Shown: in pieces, positions 1 through 8,761 of the stretch
Numbering within the stretch: position 1 is the first letter of the stretch
Layout of the letters: each line of letters opens with the position of its first letter
DNA from: an uncultured archaeon
GTDB taxonomy: Archaea; Asgardarchaeota; Hermodarchaeia; Hermodarchaeales; Hermodarchaeaceae
Assembly (NCBI GenBank): GCA_964347045.1
Contig: CAYFXC010000003.1
Span: 115,722 to 179,721, forward strand
Direction: 5' to 3'
DNA length: 64,000 nucleotides
Made by a program: the position numbers and the translations under genes
The notes under the pieces: model-generated
Seen by the model: the letters and a program-made list of their open reading frames with translations, nothing else
The model's database searches: none
What the model was told of the DNA's origin: nothing

Positions 1-1
1 A

Positions 2-1195
2 ATCGGGGCAAATCTATTGTGGGCTTATACTGGGGCACTTGCAGTTGATTTAGGGGCTACTGGAGTTCAGCAAAGCACTGTAACTGGTGTTCAGACTCTT
101 GGTAATGCTTCAATGCAATGGGCATGGGGAAGTCTGACCGACCGATTTGGACGACGCCCTTTTCTGTTCCTTGGGCTACTCGCTATCGGCATGACTGCTG
201 CTTTGGTTCCTTTCGCTCAAAATGCCTGGCAACTCATTTTGCTCTTATTAGTACCTACTATTATCGGAAGTGCCGCAATCCCCGCTTGGAATGGCTTGCT
301 CGGAGATATTACGACCATGCAGGGGCGCGGGCGGTTTGTGGGTATAATAACTGCTATTGGTACAATTGCTTCTGCTCTAATTCTAGTAATTGTTGGTTTT
401 GTTGCAGTATCTATTGGATTGATGGGTCTAGCCCAATTTCAAGTCCCCATGTATACAGCTGCCATCTCTATGGTAATTGCGGTAATTTGTGTCTTGGTTC
501 TAACCGAAACTGTTCGCCCCTCAAAACGGCGAGTATTCGAGATACGTCAATCAATTCAGGGGACCCCTCGCTTTGTTCGGTTTTTAGGTATTAACACTCT
601 CTTCTTCGCTGCTATGGGAGCGGCTTGGCCGCTCTTTCCGATAATTACCCGAGGCATCCTTCATGTTGATTTGTTTTTCATTGCGATTTTCACCGCAATT
701 TTTAGCATTAGCTCAGGAATTGCACAACTGTCAGGAGGTTATTTGACGGATCGTTATGGGCGAAAACCCATTATCATTATTAGTCGTACTGTGATTTTTA
801 TTGCGCCTCTTAGTCATACTTTGGGTGCGATAACGGGGAACTTTTGGTTTCTATTACCAAGTAATATCACCGGGGGTTTTCTAACCGGATTATTTATTGT
901 TAGTAGTACTGCATGGTTGCTTGATTCCGCACCAAAGATTCACCGGGGAACGATCGTGGCGCTCTTTAATTTCGCTACTGGCGTGAGTGCATTTTGCGCG
1001 GCAATGGTTTCAGGATTTGTGCTAGATTTCCTCGTGCTGTATGTTCCTTATGAAACAGTAGTAATCCTGATGATGCTTTCAATTGTGGTGATTCGAATCT
1101 TTGCTTCATTTGGCTACTTTGGCATTAACGAAACTCTTGTAAAAATCCCTGTACCAACTTTTCCTCATGTTCCAGAACCTGAAAAGGTTCCCTAA
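2..1195 (+). CDS. MFS transporter (5'-truncated by window edge)
   Basis: MFS motif A twice (GSLTDRFGRR, GYLTDRYGRK) and many TM helices. The frame is open back to position 2, so the true start lies outside the window. Confidence 0.9.
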   Translation: MGANLLWAYTGALAVDLGATGVQQSTVTGVQTLGNASMQWAWGSLTDRFGRRPFLFLGLLAIGMTAALVPFAQNAWQLILLLLVPTIIGSAAIPAWNGLLGDITTMQGRGRFVGIITAIGTIASALILVIVGFVAVSIGLMGLAQFQVPMYTAAISMVIAVICVLVLTETVRPSKRRVFEIRQSIQGTPRFVRFLGINTLFFAAMGAAWPLFPIITRGILHVDLFFIAIFTAIFSISSGIAQLSGGYLTDRYGRKPIIIISRTVIFIAPLSHTLGAITGNFWFLLPSNITGGFLTGLFIVSSTAWLLDSAPKIHRGTIVALFNFATGVSAFCAAMVSGFVLDFLVLYVPYETVVILMMLSIVVIRIFASFGYFGINETLVKIPVPTFPHVPEPEKVP

Positions 1196-2550
1196 GGGTT
1201 CGGAAACTGGTGTAGAGCGCGGACTAGCTCTGTATAAAATTTCGCGGTTTGCGGAATTGAATCAAGAAGTACATGCTCGTTAGAACCATGCACACCATAT
1301 CCAATGGGACCAAAATCTATGGCTTGAATTGGACGGTCAGTAAAATGGCGCGTATCACTTGCCCCACCCAGTTCAATGGGTTCGGATTCTAGAGTGAGTT
1401 GAGTTGCGATAATCTGAGCCATTTGGACTAATTGAGAATCCTGAGGAGTGTTCATGAAGGCTTTGCCAACTCGTACAGACATCTCATATTCGATTTGTGC
1501 AAGTTTCTCAGATAGAACTGTGTTCAGAGCCTTTTCAATTGGTTGACTGTCAGACGTCATTGCCCTTCCATCAAAATAAATCTCCCATCGATTATTTTGC
1601 TCATATAACAAATTAGGGCAAAAGGTGATGCCATAATCACTGGGGTAGGTAGGGAATTGTATCCGAGTTATAGGTAATAGTGCTTGAAGAAGTTTTGTGA
1701 GGTTCTGATCACAAGTGCGAGTGTCTTCTTTTACCGAGTGAGTAGCATCAATTCCCTCAAATTCAAACCAATCTGGTACTACATTGCTTTTAACGTAGCT
1801 TCCAGCGGTTGAAGAGATATTAATATTTGGGTTTTGAAGGAGAAAACTGGATGCAGCAAGTAGAGCGTGTTTATCAACTCCAGGCAAAAAATAGGCCGAA
1901 TGCCGAGTTTGTCGTCCGGCATAATTTGTGGTGAATCGGTGTTTTTCGAATTTTCCATTACAAGGCTCCGGGTTTTGTGGAACCGAAACAGTGACCGAGA
2001 CCGTGTTTCGTCGACGGGTGACTATTTGCATTCCAACTCCGTCAGCAGTAATTAGGTAATCAGGAAACAGGTCTTGTTTTTCTAGTCTAGCTCGGACAAT
2101 CGGTGCTCCATTAATTCCCCCAATTTCTTCATCGCCTGTAATAACAAAAACTATGGTGCCTTCTATTTTGTGTTGAATTATTTCTTCTGCTGAAAGGAGT
2201 AGAGCGGTTGTGTTTCCTTTGTCATCAGCGGTTCCACGTCCATATCCCATTCTGTCTCGCACCGTTAGCTCAAAAGGATCAGTATCCCATCCTGGACCAA
2301 TAGGAACTACATCAAAATGAGCTAGCAACAAGGTTACTGGACGACCCCTTCCGTGAATGGCAAGAACTGAAAAAAACCCGTTTTGTTCAAGAATCTGAGC
2401 ATCATATCCCATCTCTGCTAGACGCTCATTCAGATATTCAGGGCATTCTCGTGTAGGCCGTATCATATTTCCTGGGTCATTGACTGTGGGAAATGCGATA
2501 AGATGTTGCAATATATTGATGTAATCCAATCCATATTCACTCCATTTCAT
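1192..2550 (-). CDS. M20 family metallopeptidase/deacylase (ArgE/DapE-like)
   Basis: HFDVVP, GRGTADDKG, DEEIGG, GGASD and HGSNE motifs. Start placed at ATG 2550, coupled to the map stop (TGATG). Confidence 0.9.
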   Translation of the reverse strand: MKWSEYGLDYINILQHLIAFPTVNDPGNMIRPTRECPEYLNERLAEMGYDAQILEQNGFFSVLAIHGRGRPVTLLLAHFDVVPIGPGWDTDPFELTVRDRMGYGRGTADDKGNTTALLLSAEEIIQHKIEGTIVFVITGDEEIGGINGAPIVRARLEKQDLFPDYLITADGVGMQIVTRRRNTVSVTVSVPQNPEPCNGKFEKHRFTTNYAGRQTRHSAYFLPGVDKHALLAASSFLLQNPNINISSTAGSYVKSNVVPDWFEFEGIDATHSVKEDTRTCDQNLTKLLQALLPITRIQFPTYPSDYGITFCPNLLYEQNNRWEIYFDGRAMTSDSQPIEKALNTVLSEKLAQIEYEMSVRVGKAFMNTPQDSQLVQMAQIIATQLTLESEPIELGGASDTRHFTDRPIQAIDFGPIGYGVHGSNEHVLLDSIPQTAKFYTELVRALHQFPNP

Positions 2551-3485
2551 CAATGTCGTGCGGTTGTTACGGTGCATCCGTTTTTTTCTACTATTAATGT
2601 GTGTTCAGCCTGGGCAATAGGGCTTCCATCCTTTAATCCTAATACTGAATAATTATGAATGCATCCCTCTCGTTTAAGCACGTTTAGTATTTGGGCTACT
2701 TTGTCTGGTTCTACTAGCTCAGCCATCCAACGGGACGCAAAAGGTAATTGACTAAATTTAATTTTCATCTGACTAAAAAGAGAGCGTAATTTGGGATCCT
2801 TTGGATTTCGCACGTGAGTAAATCCAAAAATATGCCCTGGTTCCAAATTATCAACATGAGGATTTTGGCTATAAGTGGCGAAGGGTTCAATAGCTACAAC
2901 CATGTTTTCCTTTAACCGAGGCGAGCTTGTACGTTCCGTTGCGTATGTCACCGAAGGAACAGATATTCCAGCATGAAGATTAAATTGTTCGATACTATGG
3001 CCTGTGAGGTTTTCAATCGGGCGCGTTTTCATCTGTTGCATTGCGGCTGAAATGGCTTTAGATACATTCCAAATGCGGATTCCTGCTCGAACGGTGTTAA
3101 TTGCTGCCTCCAAACCTGCTTCTGCTCCATCAATAAGCTGTTGAAGGCCTTCATCATCACCGACTAAAACAGTTCGAGCATTATCTGCAACAAAACCATC
3201 TATGTGTACACCCAGATCAATCTTTACGAGAGCAATATCCGGAATTTGCGTAGAATCATCTAAGCTTGGTGTATAATGAGCCGCATGATGATTTATCGAG
3301 ATGTTAATAGGAAACGCAGGTTTTCCACCAAGGCTTTGGATTTTAGTTTCTCCTGCTTCAGCAATTGAATATAATGGTTCACCTGCTTTTACGAGATCAC
3401 AAGAAAATACTAGTGCTTCCGAAGCGATTTTTCCAGCACGCTGTAATTTTTCGCGTGTTCGTTCAAACATTGCCATATCACGCAT
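2550..3485 (-). CDS. map: Type II methionine aminopeptidase
   Basis: AFPINIS..AAHYTP, KIDLGVHIDG..AD, NLTGH...LHAG, AIEPFAT and AQAEHT motifs. Confidence 0.95.
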   Translation of the reverse strand: MRDMAMFERTREKLQRAGKIASEALVFSCDLVKAGEPLYSIAEAGETKIQSLGGKPAFPINISINHHAAHYTPSLDDSTQIPDIALVKIDLGVHIDGFVADNARTVLVGDDEGLQQLIDGAEAGLEAAINTVRAGIRIWNVSKAISAAMQQMKTRPIENLTGHSIEQFNLHAGISVPSVTYATERTSSPRLKENMVVAIEPFATYSQNPHVDNLEPGHIFGFTHVRNPKDPKLRSLFSQMKIKFSQLPFASRWMAELVEPDKVAQILNVLKREGCIHNYSVLGLKDGSPIAQAEHTLIVEKNGCTVTTARH

Positions 3486-3509
3486 ATCAAATCGTTTCCG
3501 TTAAGTGGA

Positions 3510-3540
3510 TTTGTCTAATTTCACGTGAAATTAAGACAAA
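3510..3540. promoter_or_regulatory. Near-perfect palindrome (candidate operator) in the divergent map / tubulin-operon intergenic region
   Basis: TTTGTCTAATTTCAC|GTGAAATTAAGACAAA: perfect 18-bp core TAATTTCACGTGAAATTA; the outer arms pair with one extra A. Confidence 0.55.
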
Positions 3541-3664
3541 ATTTGTCGTTGACTTTAATTTAGGTATTACTCCTAGTTTAGCTAAAGGTCAAAAAGAGTT
3601 AAGAATAGACTTTCCAATGGTTAAGAAAGGTGGATGTAAGCCACTTACCTCGGGGGCTCCGAAT

Positions 3665-6361
3665 GTGACTACATTAGCAGAGCTTCGCAAGTACTACTCC
3701 ATGCTAAAAGATATTAGTGCAAAATGTCGGACAATTATGGGTGGTCTCCCTTCTGAAATTAAAACCTCATTGGAAGATGTGGGACGGGAACTTGTAAGCC
3801 TAGAAGGTTTTGATAGGGATGCAAAAACGAGTTGGTCCCTAAGTCCGAAAAAACGTCGTCTTATAAAGCAAATTGATCAAGGGCTGCCAAAAATCGATGA
3901 AGATCTCTCTCGTTCACTTCGACTTCACATTGAGCTGTTGAAGACTTACATGACTGAGCTTGAAGAGCTAAAAGCAACAATAATGACTTTTGATATTAAA
4001 CTAGGACGTGATCTCAACAATCTCACCTTTCCTTCGACACAAGGGGGACATTCAGTTGTTTTGCCGGTTCTTTCACGATTTGTAGCTAATTTTGAAGGTC
4101 TTTCTAAACAATTACGTGACGCTCTACTAAAGCAAACGAATGATATGCTTGAACAAAATCGGGCGTTGATTAAAACCTACGATCGGTTTGTTGGTATTGA
4201 CACGAGTGATGTTTCAATTAGTGCCGAGCGGGAAACTGTTGATGTGAGTACTATCCCGGAGCTTTTTGAAATTCGCAAGACACTACGCCAAGAGCATGAA
4301 TATCTCACAAGTCGACGTGGCGAAGTTGTTGATACATTACGAGCGAAACTGCAAGCTAGTATTGAATCCTCCGTATCCCTCTTAGAGACTGCTCGTAGTT
4401 TGAGTCTCAAAGTTCCTATGGCTATTTCTACATCACTTGAAGCGCTGAAAAAACAACTCAAAGGTGAGACTAATCTCACCACACTTCTCGGGTTGGTTCA
4501 ACAATATGATGGGCAAGTGTTAAAAGCCTCAAGTGAAGTCAGAAGCCAAATACTTGAATTTGGTCATAATCTTAACCGCATTCTTGCTAGCGCTAATATC
4601 GCTAGTGAAGCCACTTTTCTTCCTCCTTTACCTCCTGAAGTTCCCAAAGATGCGGATTTAGCTGCGCTAGTTGCAAGCTATGAACGCCTACAAGCATACC
4701 ATACCAATGTTGAAACAGCTATCCGTGCTGAGATCATGCGTATAGTAGATGATTTGACTCGTGCTGTAAAACGGAATGTGCTTCCAAACACTGCGGAACT
4801 AGATAAATTCGTGAAAAATGAATCGAAAAAGGTAAAGAAAGGAGATCTGAAAGTTCTTGTCAAGGTATACTCCGAGGTTGCGGCTCAAATAATTGATGAA
4901 CATGGAAAATTACTAGCTGAAATTAGAACTCAAGAAGCTTTACTAACTCGAATCTCAGAAACCGCTAGTACAATTCTTGATAAAACCACAATGGGTGCAG
5001 CTCCTGCTCCTGTTCGAACCACAGACATTAGCTTCCCTGAGTTGGTTGAGGCGTATGCAAGACTACGAAAGCATGTTGAGAATCGGATCGATCTGTTCCG
5101 AAAAGCTTGGGAACGTGAACTCAACGCGCTTCTTGCTGAAATCCAAGTGATAAAACCAACCTATCGGGAATCTTTCAAAACCATGGAAGAATTTTTGGAA
5201 AGTGCTATTGCACATATCCGCGCTAGTACTAGTTTCGAGGAAATTGAAGAAGTCGCCCGTGAGGCTCAAGGAGATGCTCTATATAAAGCGCAAGACGCCA
5301 TTGAAAATCTCAAATATCGCCTAGATCTCAAACTGCGATTGGCGGTTTCAAAACTTTTAGGTATGGGGTTAACTATTCCTTCGGAAGTCCAGTCAGCCAT
5401 TCAAGAACTGACAACGGTGGTCCCCGCTAGTGAAACCTATGAAGAAGCGATTCGTAAGGCCCATCACATTGTTGAACTTTTCGAAAAACGAATTGTGGGA
5501 TACTTCAACCAGACTCTTAATGAACAAATCAAAGCCTTCTCAGAGTTAACAAGCGTGTCTGCTTCCTTGGGCATCAAAACAGACTCTTATGTCAAAGAAT
5601 CAATGAAACTGCAGGACAAATTACCCGCAAATATTGAGGAACTCCCTGACCGGTTCGACGAACTTCGTGAATTACTTACCGACCCTAAGTTGCTTAAGGA
5701 TATCCGTTCGAAAGCCAACGAAGTCTGGCGAAATCTCAATTCAGTTACTGATCTTCTTGAACGTCATGGACAAGCCGAGATTGTAGCTAAACTAAAGGAT
5801 CTGCTCGCTCGTGTTCCCGACGCCTTAGAAGCTGAACAAGTAAACACTGTTCTTGAAATTTGTATGGCTCTCATTGAAGCGCAAAATAGTGTACTTGATA
5901 TTCTTCGCAACATGGAGCAAAAGACTGGACAAGCATACGAGCAGTTATTAGAAAATACTACCGAATACTACTCAACGATTAAAAGAGTATACGCGGCACG
6001 ACCGCTTGAATTTAGCAAAATCATATTTCCGTTAGATACTTTGCAGAATTTGCGTGGAAAATTAGAAACCGTTAATTCTCTACCCGAATCTATTGATATA
6101 TTCACAACCATCCGCAGTTTAGAACAGCAATGGTTAGAAAAAATCAAAGAGCTTGATGAATGGCACAAGGCGCTCCGCGTTTTCCTCGCTGACTTTAATC
6201 CAGCGGCGCCTAAAGCTGAACGTAATCGTCAACTCAACGAAATCGAAAAAAGAATTCGCGAAACCTATACGCGCGAGGATACTGCAAACTACCTCACTTG
6301 GGCTGCCAGAGAACTTGCAGCTGTCATGATCGAACAAAAAACAAAAGCAAAGAAAAAATAG
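3665..6361 (+). CDS. Large all-alpha-helical repeat / coiled-coil protein (~898 aa), first gene of the tubulin operon
   Basis: L/E/K/R-rich amphipathic helices throughout, with no TM segment and no Walker A. Start placed at GTG 3665 after GGGGG; the upstream ORF extension overlaps map. Confidence 0.8.
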   Translation: MTTLAELRKYYSMLKDISAKCRTIMGGLPSEIKTSLEDVGRELVSLEGFDRDAKTSWSLSPKKRRLIKQIDQGLPKIDEDLSRSLRLHIELLKTYMTELEELKATIMTFDIKLGRDLNNLTFPSTQGGHSVVLPVLSRFVANFEGLSKQLRDALLKQTNDMLEQNRALIKTYDRFVGIDTSDVSISAERETVDVSTIPELFEIRKTLRQEHEYLTSRRGEVVDTLRAKLQASIESSVSLLETARSLSLKVPMAISTSLEALKKQLKGETNLTTLLGLVQQYDGQVLKASSEVRSQILEFGHNLNRILASANIASEATFLPPLPPEVPKDADLAALVASYERLQAYHTNVETAIRAEIMRIVDDLTRAVKRNVLPNTAELDKFVKNESKKVKKGDLKVLVKVYSEVAAQIIDEHGKLLAEIRTQEALLTRISETASTILDKTTMGAAPAPVRTTDISFPELVEAYARLRKHVENRIDLFRKAWERELNALLAEIQVIKPTYRESFKTMEEFLESAIAHIRASTSFEEIEEVAREAQGDALYKAQDAIENLKYRLDLKLRLAVSKLLGMGLTIPSEVQSAIQELTTVVPASETYEEAIRKAHHIVELFEKRIVGYFNQTLNEQIKAFSELTSVSASLGIKTDSYVKESMKLQDKLPANIEELPDRFDELRELLTDPKLLKDIRSKANEVWRNLNSVTDLLERHGQAEIVAKLKDLLARVPDALEAEQVNTVLEICMALIEAQNSVLDILRNMEQKTGQAYEQLLENTTEYYSTIKRVYAARPLEFSKIIFPLDTLQNLRGKLETVNSLPESIDIFTTIRSLEQQWLEKIKELDEWHKALRVFLADFNPAAPKAERNRQLNEIEKRIRETYTREDTANYLTWAARELAAVMIEQKTKAKKK

Positions 6362-6373
6362 GGTTGGATTAAC

Positions 6374-7723
6374 ATGGAAGCAACTGATGAAGGACCGCGA
6401 GTCGCGGAAGTATTTGCCATCGGAATTGGAGAATGCGGAAGCAACCTCGTTGGGGCCTACCTCAAGCAAGCGCGTGAACGCATGCTACCACCACGTATCC
6501 GCGGATACTTGTGCATGAATACTGATCGATCCGACATAACGAAGCTCCGTCAAAAATATGACATTCCCAAAGAAAACACTCTCCTTTATGGCGCATCAGA
6601 TATTGGTTGTGGCGGGAATTTTACTGATGGTTATAATTACGTTCATGACTTTAAAGATGTCATCATGGGTCAGTTGACGCAACTGGGGTTTGAGGGAGTC
6701 TCTGGGTTTGTCATATTTACGTCATCGGGCGGTGGAACTGGCTGTGGAGGCGCCCCCGCTTTAATTGAGATATTAAAGGAAAGATTTCAAGAGGAAGAAG
6801 GCCGTCGCATTTTCGTCTACGTCTTTACCGTACTTCCTTTCAAGGATCAAACCTCTGAAGCTCTCAACACTATGTGGTCGCTCTCCAAACTTCTGCGTGG
6901 GCAATTAGAAGATCGCGGAGCTGATCTTGTTTGTCTCCTTAGTAACCGCGCTATGCTTCGACGTATTCTGGCTTGGCGAGAAGGCGAAGTAGCTGATTTC
7001 TTACAAAAGCAGTTACAAATTGATGTGGCTAAAGTTACCGATGTTGAAGGAATGGTTCCTTCAACTGTCGATGGTGCCGATGATGTGTCCAAGGCACAAG
7101 AATCAGCTTTTGTGGAACTCGTGAATCCTCTTGCGCTTAGGTTTGTTGAGCACATGCTAAGTCCTGGCGTCGTTGAGCCGGGTAAAGAAGTTTTTCCGAC
7201 AACGGACATCGCAGACTACGCAAGGAAACTGGATCCTATTGTGGTGCCCTGTCTATATACTGATGTAAGTCTAATTCCCTCTGCTGGAAACATTCCGACG
7301 CAACTAAAAACAATGGTCAAATATGCCGTTGAACATTGTAGCTTTGCCGAAATCGGTTCAGAGCCAGGGGCTTCATCGACATATTATACCTTCTCAGGAA
7401 CTCGTGAATATGCACGAGCTGAATACGATCCACATATTAAACAGGCGCTTCGCCCTTATATTGCAAAGGGCGCAGCGATTACACCCTGTTTTGTGTCCTA
7501 TGATGAGGACACCCATCCATCTGATTTACTTCTTCTTTTGGGACTTCCTCAGATTCCTGAAATTGAGGATTTGGTAAATTCAGCTACTGAACTTGTGGAT
7601 CTTCATGCAGGTCCCTCGCCACTTCGAAGAGGTTGGTTTAAGAAATCTAAGGGTGTCGGTGAAGAAGTTCTTCGTGCATCCATCCGTGATGTTGCTGAAT
7701 TATTCAATCTCGAAATGAAGTAA
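6374..7723 (+). CDS. Tubulin/FtsZ-superfamily GTPase, tubulin-like
   Basis: T1 GIGECGSNL, T2 MNTD, T3 GCGGNFTDGY, signature SSGGGTGCG, VLPF..EALN, LLSNRAM, T7 TTDIAD. C-terminus GWFKKSKGVGEEVLRASIRDVAEL resembles tubulin H11'-H12. Confidence 0.9.
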   Translation: MEATDEGPRVAEVFAIGIGECGSNLVGAYLKQARERMLPPRIRGYLCMNTDRSDITKLRQKYDIPKENTLLYGASDIGCGGNFTDGYNYVHDFKDVIMGQLTQLGFEGVSGFVIFTSSGGGTGCGGAPALIEILKERFQEEEGRRIFVYVFTVLPFKDQTSEALNTMWSLSKLLRGQLEDRGADLVCLLSNRAMLRRILAWREGEVADFLQKQLQIDVAKVTDVEGMVPSTVDGADDVSKAQESAFVELVNPLALRFVEHMLSPGVVEPGKEVFPTTDIADYARKLDPIVVPCLYTDVSLIPSAGNIPTQLKTMVKYAVEHCSFAEIGSEPGASSTYYTFSGTREYARAEYDPHIKQALRPYIAKGAAITPCFVSYDEDTHPSDLLLLLGLPQIPEIEDLVNSATELVDLHAGPSPLRRGWFKKSKGVGEEVLRASIRDVAELFNLEMK

Positions 7724-7750
7724 ATTAAGCATTAGTGGAGAAGAAGAAGG

Positions 7751-8761
7751 TTGATAACAGCAGAAGAATTGCTGGAACGCATCCTCATTCTCACCACAGT
7801 CAACTCCACTCTTATTCATGCTCTTATTACCATAGAAGCCGAAGGAGATCTTAATCCTAAACAAATCAACCAGCTTGCTAGAGGAGTCCGGGCGGTTCGA
7901 GAATCGGTTGAGCAAGCACTAGTCGACTCAAAAAATAACAATATTTCTTCAGGTTCGTCCTTTGTGGATGACACCATCAAAGTTATTCTCACTCATCTTG
8001 AACGCATTGAAGCAGCCTTGGACTCATATGCGAAATCGCGAAAGAGAAAAATCTCAAAAGTGGAAGTAAAAGAACCCATTATTGCTACCCAACAACTAGT
8101 TGCTGAAGCTAGCGAGGATCTTGCGGGACTTACTAGTAAGCCATTTCAACGTCGACTTTCTGTTTTTGATCCGGATAAGCTTCTTCCACCTATTCAGCAG
8201 TTATTGGATAAGTATTCCAGCAGGAGTCACCTTCTTTTACCCAATTATTGGTTCGAATCATGTCGGGAGCTATTCCGATACAGTGAACCACGTGAGGTGA
8301 TCAAAGAAGTTACGCGTATAGCAAGTCAAATTTTCTACTCTCTTACACGCCGATTTCTTGCTGAAGCACCCTGTGCAGGTCTGCTTCAAGAACTTTCACG
8401 AAAAGGTTCACTAGGCAACGAATTAAACAGCCGTGAACGGAATAAAATCGCGGGAACTAGTAGTGAGTTCTATGATCAGCTTGCTAAAGCTCTAAAAGAA
8501 AATTCAGTAAAATCGAGTATTTCAGATGCTAAACGGAGTCTTCGCTCCTTTGATTGGGGTCCGGCTGACGTAGAGAAACGGGTAGTTGGTGTAATTCATC
8601 GCAGTGCACGAGAACTTGTGGACCAAGCTGCAGATGGTAAGACTCTTTCAGTCCTAGAACGAATTATCCACGCTGAGCTTAGTCGCTACATCTCTGCGTT
8701 AGCTACGAATCTCCATAACTTACCGCGATTAAACAAATTGTTAACCGATATGAAGGTCTAA
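7751..8761 (+). CDS. Uncharacterised all-helical protein (336 aa), third gene of the tubulin operon
   Basis: Long ORF 27 bp after the tubulin stop, purine-rich leader, amphipathic helices, no recognisable motif. Confidence 0.75.
   Translation: MITAEELLERILILTTVNSTLIHALITIEAEGDLNPKQINQLARGVRAVRESVEQALVDSKNNNISSGSSFVDDTIKVILTHLERIEAALDSYAKSRKRKISKVEVKEPIIATQQLVAEASEDLAGLTSKPFQRRLSVFDPDKLLPPIQQLLDKYSSRSHLLLPNYWFESCRELFRYSEPREVIKEVTRIASQIFYSLTRRFLAEAPCAGLLQELSRKGSLGNELNSRERNKIAGTSSEFYDQLAKALKENSVKSSISDAKRSLRSFDWGPADVEKRVVGVIHRSARELVDQAADGKTLSVLERIIHAELSRYISALATNLHNLPRLNKLLTDMKV

Noticed and set aside
3365-3664. N-terminal 100 aa of the 998-aa ORF
   Set aside because: It overlaps map on the opposite strand and the palindromic spacer, and its composition differs from the helical body. 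GTG 3665 has a better RBS.
3665-6361. SMC/Rad50 or dynamin identity for the large helical protein
   Set aside because: No Walker A/B, signature motif, zinc hook or GTPase motifs.
6374-7723. Canonical FtsZ call
   Set aside because: It lacks GGGGxN, GAGxxPxxG and NxDFAD, and it has a tubulin-like C-terminal helical extension.
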